Shown piece after piece: positions 37,106-44,897 of a stretch of DNA of 64,000 bases. A program made the position numbers and the translations under genes. Origin of the DNA: Terriglobia bacterium (GTDB lineage Bacteria > Acidobacteriota > Terriglobia > Terriglobales > Acidobacteriaceae). Below the pieces are notes generated by a model, which saw nothing but the letters and a program-made list of their open reading frames with translations, was not told the origin of the DNA and did no database searches. The stretch spans positions 101,311 to 165,310 of the forward strand of contig CAWEAE010000005.1 of NCBI GenBank assembly GCA_963807055.1. The letters run 5' to 3'. Position 1 is the first letter of the stretch; the number at the start of each line of letters is the position of its first letter.

Positions 37106-37678
37106 ATGCAATTCATCTACAACTACTTATTCCTGGCCATGTGGCTCGTTTATCTCGGCTATTGGCGGGCGATCTCGAAAGACGTCAAGCAGAACACGCG
37201 CCTTGAGGCCTTCCCTTCGCGCTTTGCGCGAATGCTAATGATTGTGTGTGCAGGGGCACTTCTGTTGGTGCCGAGAGTTCCGCTCGCCTTTCTGAACTGG
37301 CGATTCCTCCCAGCCGGCCCGTTGAGTTTCTGGACCGGCGCAGCCATCACCGCAAGCGGTCTGCTATTCTCCGTCTGGGCACGCCTGCACATCGGAAAGA
37401 ACTGGAGCAGTGAGGTCACCCTGAAAGTTGATCACGAACTGATCACCTCAGGTCCTTACGCGCTCGTGCGACATCCGATTTACACCGGGCTGCTGATCGG
37501 ATTCCTGGGTTCAGCCGTGGCTCGCGGAGAGTTGCGGGGGCTCCTGGCGTTCGTTCTCGTTTTTATCGCCTTGTGGACAAAATTGCGTCTGGAGGAAACT
37601 TGGATGCGCGAACACTTCGGTGCAACCTACCAGGTTTACGCTCAACGCGTTTCTGCGCTGGTGCCGTATGTTCTCTGA
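37106..37678 (+). CDS. isoprenylcysteine carboxyl methyltransferase (ICMT/PEMT) family membrane methyltransferase
   Basis: From the ATG at 37106: multi-TM protein with LITSGPYALVRHPIYTGLLIGFLG...RLEETWMREHFGATYQVY, the ICMT-family C-terminal signature. Confidence 0.8.
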   Translation: MQFIYNYLFLAMWLVYLGYWRAISKDVKQNTRLEAFPSRFARMLMIVCAGALLLVPRVPLAFLNWRFLPAGPLSFWTGAAITASGLLFSVWARLHIGKNWSSEVTLKVDHELITSGPYALVRHPIYTGLLIGFLGSAVARGELRGLLAFVLVFIALWTKLRLEETWMREHFGATYQVYAQRVSALVPYVL

Positions 37679-37704
37679 AGTGCCAGGCCGAGCCTCGTTT
37701 TTGC

Positions 37705-37770
37705 TTGTCATCACGAGCCGCGCAGCTTTTGTTTGTCATCACGAGCCGCCCAGCGGCGAGGGATCTGCAT
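37705..37770 (+). repeat. REP-like repeat family 1, truncated copy plus full copy in tandem
   Basis: TTGTCATCACGAGCCGCGCAG (37705-37725), then TTGTCATCACGAGCCGCCCAGCGGCGAGGGATCTGCAT (37733-37770). Confidence 0.8.
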
Positions 37771-37805
37771 TTCCCAACAACTATCGACCAACGACTGATT
37801 AGCCA

Positions 37806-39905
37806 ATGAAACTTCTTCCCTCATGGATTCGCGACTTCGTTGACCTCGAGGTCGACGACCGCCAACTCGCCGACGACCTCTCTATGGCCGGCATCTCCGT
37901 CGAAGGCATCGACGAGCATCACGGCTACAGCATCTACGAAGTCGACATCACTACCAATCGTGTCGACGCGATGAACCATTACGGTGTCGCGCGTGAGTGT
38001 GCCGCCATTTATGACGCGGACCTGAAACGGATCGATCCGAAGCTGCGTTCCACGGGCGACGCGAAGTTCCGCATCCACATACAGGCCCCCGAACAGTGCG
38101 CGCGCTACTCGGCCCGCATCGTGCGCGGCGTGACCATCAAGCCTTCTCCGGAATACATCTCGCGGCGCCTCACGCTTCTCGGCTCGCGGGCGATCAACAA
38201 CACTGCTGACGCCACCAACTACGCGCTCTGGGAACTTGGCCATCCCACTCATGCCTTCGACCTCGACCTGCTCGAGGGCGACAAAATCATCGTGCGCCTT
38301 GCGAACGACGGTGAAACCATCAAGACCCTCGATGGAGTCGAGCGTACTCTCACGAAACATGATCTCGTGATTGCCGACGCCGCCAAGGCCGTCGCCATCG
38401 CCGGCGTCATGGGCGGCTTTGACACGATGATCACCGAGAAGACCAAGAACGTGCTCATCGAGTCGGCCTGGTTCGACCCGGCCACCATTCGCCGCACCGC
38501 GCGCCGTCTCGGCATGCACACCGACGCCTCGCACCGCTTCGAGCGTGGCGCTGACTATGGCATTACCACGACTGCCTGTAATCGCGTCGCTCAACTGATC
38601 CTTGAAACCGCGGGCGGTCAGATTGAGGGTGATCTCATCGACAGCATCGGCCGCAAAGTCGAGCGCCCCACGTTGGCACTTCACCGCAAAGAGGTTGAGC
38701 GCATTCTCGGCCACGACATCACCGAGTTCGACACTTCGCGCATCCTCAAGCGGCTCGGCTTCGGTGTTACTCCCGGCCGCCAGCACGCCGTTGCGGCCTC
38801 ACGCGGAACCACCACAGGGTCAGGTGGCGCCCACGCGGCCGTCCTCGAAGAAGCTGCCGATTTCGCCGTACAGGTCCCGACCTGGCGCCTCGACGTCGAT
38901 CGCGAAATCGATCTCATCGAAGAGATCGCCCGTATCTACGGCTACGACAAGTTTCCCAACACTCTTCCGGTCTTCACTGGCGGCGCGGTCACCCTGCCGG
39001 ACGAATCCAAGGAAAACGATCTGCGCAGCCGCGTACTCTCGCTCGGCTACGATGAAGCCATCTCGCTGGCCTTCATTTCCCATGCGGACGCGAAGGCTTT
39101 CGCGACCATGGAGCCGGTCGAGATCGCCAACCCGTTGAGCGAAGAAGCCTCGGTGATGCGTGCCTCAATGATCCCCGGCATGCTGAACATGCTGGCGCAC
39201 AACCTCAATCGCGGCGTGAACGATGTCCGCCTCTTCGAATCCGCCAAGGTTTACGAGAAGCTCGGCAGCACCACCGGCGAGTACCGCCGTCTCGCGATTG
39301 GTGCGACTGGCAGCGCCGTCGAGGCCAGCGTGCATCAGCCCGCGCGTGCTTACAACTTTTTCGACATGAAGGGCGACATCGAGACTCTTCTTTCTGCGTT
39401 CCAGCACAACTCCGTCTACTACGACGGCCATACCGCCGACTACTACCATCCTGGTCGCTCGGCCCGCGTCGTGATCGACGGAACCACTGTCGGCCAGTTC
39501 GGACAGATTCACCCGCGCATCGCCGCCGAACGCAAGCTGCGTCAGGAGGTCTTCGTCGCCGAACTCGACCTCGAGCGCCTCTTCAAGCACGACCTTCGCG
39601 AGCGCCATTACACGCCCATTTCGCGCTACCCGGCCGTCGATCGTGACTTTTCATTCCTCTTCGACGACTCCGTCACCTTCGAGCGCATTCACCAGACGGT
39701 CGAAGCCCTGCAGCTCGCAGAGATGCGCATTTTCCTGCCCGTCGAAATCTTCCGCGGCGGCAACGTTCCCGCCGGGAAGTATTCGGTCCTGCTGCGTGCG
39801 GAATTTCAGTCTGCCAAAGAGACTTTGCGCGACGACCAAGTCCAACTCTGGGCCACGCAGATCGTCAAAGCTCTCGAAGCCCTGGGCGGCACCCAGCGCG
39901 CCTAA
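37806..39905 (+). CDS. pheT: phenylalanine--tRNA ligase beta subunit
   Basis: MKLLPSWIRDFVDL..., with B3/4, B5 and FDX-ACB regions recognisable. 699 aa. Confidence 0.95.
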   Translation: MKLLPSWIRDFVDLEVDDRQLADDLSMAGISVEGIDEHHGYSIYEVDITTNRVDAMNHYGVARECAAIYDADLKRIDPKLRSTGDAKFRIHIQAPEQCARYSARIVRGVTIKPSPEYISRRLTLLGSRAINNTADATNYALWELGHPTHAFDLDLLEGDKIIVRLANDGETIKTLDGVERTLTKHDLVIADAAKAVAIAGVMGGFDTMITEKTKNVLIESAWFDPATIRRTARRLGMHTDASHRFERGADYGITTTACNRVAQLILETAGGQIEGDLIDSIGRKVERPTLALHRKEVERILGHDITEFDTSRILKRLGFGVTPGRQHAVAASRGTTTGSGGAHAAVLEEAADFAVQVPTWRLDVDREIDLIEEIARIYGYDKFPNTLPVFTGGAVTLPDESKENDLRSRVLSLGYDEAISLAFISHADAKAFATMEPVEIANPLSEEASVMRASMIPGMLNMLAHNLNRGVNDVRLFESAKVYEKLGSTTGEYRRLAIGATGSAVEASVHQPARAYNFFDMKGDIETLLSAFQHNSVYYDGHTADYYHPGRSARVVIDGTTVGQFGQIHPRIAAERKLRQEVFVAELDLERLFKHDLRERHYTPISRYPAVDRDFSFLFDDSVTFERIHQTVEALQLAEMRIFLPVEIFRGGNVPAGKYSVLLRAEFQSAKETLRDDQVQLWATQIVKALEALGGTQRA

Positions 39906-39936
39906 TCACTGTATGTGTGGAGCGGAAAATTGTGTG

Positions 39937-39965
39937 GGGCGGACATTCTTGTCCGCCCGGTTTTT
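39937..39965 (+). terminator. rho-independent terminator after pheT
   Basis: GGGCGGAC-ATTCTT-GTCCGCCC followed by GGTTTTT. Confidence 0.8.
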
Positions 39966-40026
39966 GCGCACCTAAGAATGCTGAAAACCGCCTTTCTCGC
40001 TTACAATTCGGCAACCGAGGTGAGGC

Positions 40027-41199
40027 ATGCCGCTTTCCCGTCGTCACTTTCTCAGCCGAGTCCCCGCAGGCGTAGTCGCCACTGTCGCTCTGGTTCCAAC
40101 TCTTTCCGAAATCGCGACCTCGACTGCGGCAAATGCAGTCGCTACCAGTGAACCGATCCTGCTCAACTCGAACGAGAATCCCTACGGACCGTTCCCGAGC
40201 GTGCAGTCCGCGATGGAAGCTGCCATCCGGAAAGCCAATCGCTATCCCGACCATCAATACCGGGAGTTGGTCAACCGAATCGCCTTATACAACAATGTTG
40301 CGCCCGAGCAGGTCATTCTTGGCATCGGATCCACCGAGATCCTGAAAATGGCCGCCGATGCCTTCACCGGCCCCGACCGTCCGCTGATCCTCGCCGATCC
40401 CACTTTTGAGGCCATCGCCTGGTACGCAGAGAAGAATGGCGCGCCGATCATCAAGGTGCCCCTCACTTCTGACTATGCCCATGATCTCGAAGCCATGGTG
40501 GCCAAAGCGCCTAAAGCTGGCGCCCTGATCTATCTCTGCAATCCCAACAATCCGACGGCGTCCCTCACGCCCGCAGCTAAGATCGAAACATTCGTCGCCA
40601 GCCTACCGCCAAACGTTACCGTCCTGATCGACGAGGCCTATCACCACTTCGCCATGGGAGCCCAGCAGTACCGTTCTTTCCTCGATGGCAAGAATTCGCG
40701 CGTGATCGTCGCGCGAACGTTTTCGAAGGTCTATGCGCTCGCCGGTATGCGCCTCGGCTACGCTGTCAGTACCGCCGAAACCACCAAACAACTTCGCTCC
40801 TTCCAGACGCACGACAACATCAACATCGCTGCCGCCTCGTGCGGGACCGTTGCTCTCAACGATGACACCGCCATGCACGCTGCCGTCGTCCGAAATACCG
40901 CCGACCGCAACGAGTTCTCGCGGCAGGCTCAGTCGCGCGGCCTGAAAGTGATCCCCTCGTATGCCAATTTCGCCATGTTCGACGCGGGCCATCCGGTCAA
41001 GCAGGTCATCGCCTACTTCGAGCAGCAGAATATCCGCATCGGACGCCCATTCCCGCCGATGGATACGTTTGTCCGCCTCACCTTCGGCAAGCCCGAAGAA
41101 ATGTCTGCATTCTGGAAGGCTTGGGACGGATTCTCGTCAGCGAAAGCAGCGGCCTTGCACGATGCGCCGATCTATACATCGCAGCGGCTCTTCACCTGA
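40027..41199 (+). CDS. HisC-like class I/II PLP-dependent aminotransferase carrying a twin-arginine (Tat) signal peptide
   Basis: MPLSRRHFLSRVPAGVVATVALVP...ANA, then LNSNENPYGP...YLCNPNNPT...RTFSKVYALAGMRLGY (PLP lysine in SK). Confidence 0.85.
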   Translation: MPLSRRHFLSRVPAGVVATVALVPTLSEIATSTAANAVATSEPILLNSNENPYGPFPSVQSAMEAAIRKANRYPDHQYRELVNRIALYNNVAPEQVILGIGSTEILKMAADAFTGPDRPLILADPTFEAIAWYAEKNGAPIIKVPLTSDYAHDLEAMVAKAPKAGALIYLCNPNNPTASLTPAAKIETFVASLPPNVTVLIDEAYHHFAMGAQQYRSFLDGKNSRVIVARTFSKVYALAGMRLGYAVSTAETTKQLRSFQTHDNINIAAASCGTVALNDDTAMHAAVVRNTADRNEFSRQAQSRGLKVIPSYANFAMFDAGHPVKQVIAYFEQQNIRIGRPFPPMDTFVRLTFGKPEEMSAFWKAWDGFSSAKAAALHDAPIYTSQRLFT

Positions 41200-41342
41200 T
41201 TCCGATTGGGGCGCTCCACTCGTGCGCGGGAACGCGATCGCTTCACGCTTCTTCGCGCAATTGTGGATTTCTCCGCCGTTATTCTGCGTTATACTGCGCT
41301 CGCGCCGCTCTTTCACAATCTAGAAGCGAGGTCTTACCCACG

Positions 41343-41624
41343 GTGTCTGCAAAGACGGTTGAACTCTCTCCCGAAATTTCCGCCGACGAATTCCACTCTC
41401 TTGAAGCGAAGATTTACCAGACCATTGAACTGTTGAAAACCGCGCGCGAGGGCAAGGTTGCCGCCGAGCGTGACGTAACGCGTCTACGCGAACAGCTCGA
41501 ATTGCGTGAGGAAGAGACCGAGAGTCTGCGCAAGGAAATGATCGGGCTGCGTAAGGAGCGCGAAGAGGTACGTACCCGAGTAGAAAAGATGGTGCGTCAA
41601 ATTGATGAGTTGACTGCTGAGTAA
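41343..41624 (+). CDS. ZapB-like coiled-coil protein
   Basis: From the GTG at 41343: a 93-aa heptad-rich sequence (LEAKIYQTIELLKTAREGK...LREQLELREEETESLRKEMIGLRKEREEVR), immediately upstream of zapA. Confidence 0.5.
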   Translation: MSAKTVELSPEISADEFHSLEAKIYQTIELLKTAREGKVAAERDVTRLREQLELREEETESLRKEMIGLRKEREEVRTRVEKMVRQIDELTAE

Positions 41625-41672
41625 ACTGCCTCATAATCAGAAGTACAGCGGCAACTCAAGGGAGGATTTGGC

Positions 41673-42005
41673 GTGAGCCAACCCAATACTAACGGCAACG
41701 GAACCGCAAACGGCAGCGTGCGCGTGGAAATCTTCGACCAGTCGTACAGCCTGCGCGGCACCGATCCCGACTACATTCAGAAGTTGGCGTCTTTCGTCGA
41801 TTCGAAAATGCGCGCCGTCTCTGCCCAGACATCCACCATCGACTCCTTGCGCCTCGCCGTATTGGCGGCCCTGAACATTGCCGACGAATACCACGTGCTC
41901 AAGCGCAAGTACGACGTCATCGCCTCCGAAATCAATTCGCGCGCAAGCCATCTCTCCGGCGCACTCGACGAAGTGCTTCAGGACGGCTCCCGCAAAGTCG
42001 GATAA
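41673..42005 (+). CDS. zapA: cell division protein ZapA
   Basis: VRVEIFDQSYSLRGTDPDYIQKLASFVDSKMRAV......SLRLAVLAALNIADEY. Confidence 0.85.
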   Translation: MSQPNTNGNGTANGSVRVEIFDQSYSLRGTDPDYIQKLASFVDSKMRAVSAQTSTIDSLRLAVLAALNIADEYHVLKRKYDVIASEINSRASHLSGALDEVLQDGSRKVG

Positions 42006-42024
42006 AGTTTTCTCCGGAACCACT

Positions 42025-42050
42025 GGCACGGCTTCGGCCGTGCTTTTTTT
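42025..42050 (+). terminator. rho-independent terminator after zapA
   Basis: GGCACGGC-TTCG-GCCGTGC followed by T7. Confidence 0.85.
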
Positions 42051-42086
42051 ATGCAATCAGACGGTTGCATAATTACAGTGCACCGC

Positions 42087-42107
42087 GGCATTTCGGATGC
42101 CTTTTTT
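42087..42107 (+). terminator. second, weaker terminator-like hairpin
   Basis: GGCAT-TTCGG-ATGCC followed by T6, preceded by the hairpin ATGCAA-N8-TTGCAT (42051-42070). Confidence 0.4.
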
Positions 42108-42233
42108 CTCCCGAAAGTTCTTACTCACGAACACCTTAGAAATTATCAGTCCCGCAGATTTGCACTCAAGGTTCCAACTATTTCCAGCCAGCTACTTGCG
42201 TTTCCTCAGCCCTCTCCCCTAGCATCGTTCGAG

Positions 42234-42435
42234 TAAGCCGACCTGCAACGTTGGTGTTTTGGTGGCAACCGTTTTTTTGAACCAACACCTCAATGAACGG
42301 GGTCCTGACTCGTATGATAATGATCCGGTGTGCAATGTCCGCCAGTCGGAAATGCCTAATGGATCACGGCGGGGTCCCACACTAGCTGAGCTAGGTTCAT
42401 TGACGGCCCACCGCACGGCATAGCGGGTCGGCTTA
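42234..42435 (+). ncRNA. candidate structured RNA (~200 nt long irregular hairpin; compatible with a 6S RNA, alternatively a palindromic repeat element)
   Basis: Nested complementary segments: TAAGCCGACC(42234-42243)/GGTCGGCTTA(42426-42435), extended by TGC/GCG; TGGTGG/CCACCG; TCAATGAAC(42290-42298)/GTTCATTGA(42395-42403); TGATCC(42321-42326)/GGATCA(42361-42366); apical TCCG-N5-CGGA. The wobble positions are G.T on the plus strand, which would be A.C mismatches on the minus strand. It is in the same orientation as zapA and downstream of it. A weak sigma70-like TTGCGT-N18-TAGCAT ends 8 nt before 42234. Confidence 0.4.
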
Positions 42436-42550
42436 TGTTTCGCCCGCGTGATTTGATTTGCCCTCCGCGACTCTGCTTCCCTCTCGGTGTTAGACTCAAC
42501 CAAGGACGAAAGTTCCGTCCAAAACTTCTCTGAGATCATCTAGATAAGCA

Positions 42551-43360
42551 GTGTTCCCTCAGCTATTTCATCTCGGCAATTTCTTTCTTCCGACTTACGG
42601 TCTGCTGGTCGCGCTCGGCGTGATCGCCGGCCTTACCATGACAGCCAAGCTCTCGCGCTCGCAGAATCTTGATCCCGAGCAGAACTGGAATCTCGGCGTG
42701 CTCGCGATTCTGGCCGCGATCATTGGCGCCAAAGCGCTGCTGTTCGTGAACGATTGGAGCTACTACAGTTCCCATCCGGGCGAGATTTTCAGCCTCTCGA
42801 CTCTGCAGGCGGGTGGTGTTTTTTCCGGCGGCGTGATCGCTGCCGTGCTGGTTTCGCTCTGGTACATTCGCCGTCATCACATGCCGGTCTTGCGGACCTG
42901 TGACACCTTCGCGCCCGGACTCGCCCTCGGCCACGCCATCGGTCGCATTGGATGTTTCGCCGCGGGTTGCTGCTATGGCAACCCAACCTCGCACTTCTGG
43001 GGCGTAACTTTCACCAACGCCTTTGCGCACGAGCGAGCTGGCACTCCGCTCGGCGTACCGCTCGAACCTACGCAACTGATCGAATCAGCCGTCGAGCTGG
43101 TGAACTTTTTCATTCTCTACTGGATGATCAAAAACAAGAAGTTTGAAGGCCAGATCATCGGCTCCTATCTCTTCCTCTACGGCTTCGCCCGCTACTTCAT
43201 AGAATTTCTGCGCGGCGACCCCGAGCGTGGATCGATGTTCAATGGCGCCATGACCGGTACCCAGTTCATCGCGATCCTCATGGTTATCGCCGGAGGCATT
43301 CTCTGGATGCGCCGCGCTCCTCTGCGCCTGCCCTCTCTGCCAAAAACGGCACGCACCTAG
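42551..43360 (+). CDS. lgt: prolipoprotein diacylglyceryl transferase
   Basis: PTYGLLVALGVIAG...GGVFSGGVIAA...LGHAIGRIGCFAAGCCYG. Confidence 0.92.
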   Translation: MFPQLFHLGNFFLPTYGLLVALGVIAGLTMTAKLSRSQNLDPEQNWNLGVLAILAAIIGAKALLFVNDWSYYSSHPGEIFSLSTLQAGGVFSGGVIAAVLVSLWYIRRHHMPVLRTCDTFAPGLALGHAIGRIGCFAAGCCYGNPTSHFWGVTFTNAFAHERAGTPLGVPLEPTQLIESAVELVNFFILYWMIKNKKFEGQIIGSYLFLYGFARYFIEFLRGDPERGSMFNGAMTGTQFIAILMVIAGGILWMRRAPLRLPSLPKTART

Positions 43361-43427
43361 CCAGGCCCTCGCCTGAGGGCGTGAGTAGAATGCCTGATAC
43401 AATCCACCAGCCCCGGAGAGGCGGTAC

Positions 43428-43784
43428 ATGTCAGACTCTTCACCTGCTCCCACCCGCACCTTGCATCTGCGAATCTCGAAGAATCCTGGCGCAGTCACCG
43501 TATACTGCCGCGGCGACCTCACTGCCGAAGTTGCAGATCTGCTGCGCAACGAAGTGAAGCCTCTGATTCCAATCACCAAGTCCCTCACTCTGGACCTGAC
43601 GGATATCCGGCTGATGGACAGCTCCGGCCTCGGCACCATCGTGAAGCTCTATGTAAGCGGTCGTACTTCCGGATGTACTGTTTCTCTTGTTAACTTCAAC
43701 CGGCGCGTGCGCGAGTTATTGGGAATGACCAACCTGTTACGTGTCTTCGAGACTTGCGGCGATCACACGGCACGGATGCCCTGA
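43428..43784 (+). CDS. STAS-domain protein (anti-sigma factor antagonist-like)
   Basis: LDLTDIRLMDSSGLGTIVKLYVS...VSLVNFNRRVRELLGMTNLLRVF is the SpoIIAA/RsbV pattern, including the phosphorylatable Ser context DSSGLG. Confidence 0.8.
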   Translation: MSDSSPAPTRTLHLRISKNPGAVTVYCRGDLTAEVADLLRNEVKPLIPITKSLTLDLTDIRLMDSSGLGTIVKLYVSGRTSGCTVSLVNFNRRVRELLGMTNLLRVFETCGDHTARMP

Positions 43785-43810
43785 GCCTCGTTCCGCTACA
43801 ATCGGCAGGA

Positions 43811-44827
43811 ATGCCCCGCAGCCACGAAGCCGCAGTCCAGCACATATCCGCCTCCAGTGAAGACGCTGGCAAACGTCTCGATCTATTCCTCGCCACTCAG
43901 AATCCCGACGTCAGCCGCGTACGTGTTCAGCAGCTCATCGAAGAAAAGAAGGTTCTCGTCGACGGCAAACTTGCGAAGGCCTCTCTAAAGCTTCGCGGCA
44001 CGGAACAGATCGAAATCACCGGAGAAGTCCAGCCGCCCGCCCTGCGTGCCATCGCCGAAGAAATTCCTCTCGACATCGTTTATGAAGACGACGATCTCAT
44101 CGTAATCAACAAACCAGCCGGCATGATGGTGCACGCCGGAGCTGGCGCCACCGAAGACGCGCGCAATCGCGGCACTCTCGTCAACGCTTTGCTCCATCGA
44201 TTTCAGTCGCTCTCGGAAGTTGGCGGCGACCTGCGCCCGGGAATCGTTCATCGCCTCGATCGGCAAACCAGCGGCCTCATGATCGTCGCGAAAAACGATG
44301 TTGCTCATCGCAAGCTGGCGATCGCGTTTTCGTCGCGTCGCGTTCACAAGACTTACCTCGCGCTCGTGCAGGGCTGGATGAAGGAAGCCAAAGGAACCAT
44401 CTCAGCTGCCATCAGCCGCGATCGCGTTCGTCGCACTCGCATGACTACCAAACTTTCAGGGGGACGTGAGGCCATTTCTCACTATCGTGTGCGCGAGCGA
44501 TTCGAAACTGCTTACGGCAAATTTTCTTTCGTCGAGATCAAAATTGAAACCGGACGCACTCATCAGATCCGCGTGCATATGGCCTCACTCGGACATCCGG
44601 TTGTGGGCGACACACTCTACGGCGCCGCTGGCGAGCTGCAAGCTTCCGCCGCCCGCAATCGGCCCTCGCCATCTCTCCCCGTGCTCTCGTTGCCCCGAAA
44701 CTTCCTTCATGCCGCGGAACTAGAATTTGCTCACCCGAAAACAGGAAAACAGCTCGCCTTCTCAAGGCCACTCCCGGCTGAGCTGACCGATTTCCTTGAT
44801 CTGCTCAAGGGTCCCACCCGCCCTTGA
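43811..44827 (+). CDS. rluD: RluA-family 23S rRNA pseudouridine synthase (RluD-like, with S4 domain)
   Basis: GKRLDLFLA...SRVRVQQLIEEKKVLVDG (S4), HRLDRQTSGLMIVAKN, THQIRVH. Confidence 0.88.
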   Translation: MPRSHEAAVQHISASSEDAGKRLDLFLATQNPDVSRVRVQQLIEEKKVLVDGKLAKASLKLRGTEQIEITGEVQPPALRAIAEEIPLDIVYEDDDLIVINKPAGMMVHAGAGATEDARNRGTLVNALLHRFQSLSEVGGDLRPGIVHRLDRQTSGLMIVAKNDVAHRKLAIAFSSRRVHKTYLALVQGWMKEAKGTISAAISRDRVRRTRMTTKLSGGREAISHYRVRERFETAYGKFSFVEIKIETGRTHQIRVHMASLGHPVVGDTLYGAAGELQASAARNRPSPSLPVLSLPRNFLHAAELEFAHPKTGKQLAFSRPLPAELTDFLDLLKGPTRP

Positions 44828-44897
44828 ACCGCCGTACACCCCTTAGATAGCTGCGTTCTAGGCGGGGAAAGTAGCTGAAGCGTCGCGGCGAGCGAAG

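Noticed and set aside
42219-42539. 106-aa minus-strand ORF in the zapA-lgt spacer.
   Set aside because: Non-coding-like composition and no ribosome-binding site. It coincides with the highly self-complementary element at 42234-42435, which explains the open frame better as RNA or a repeat.
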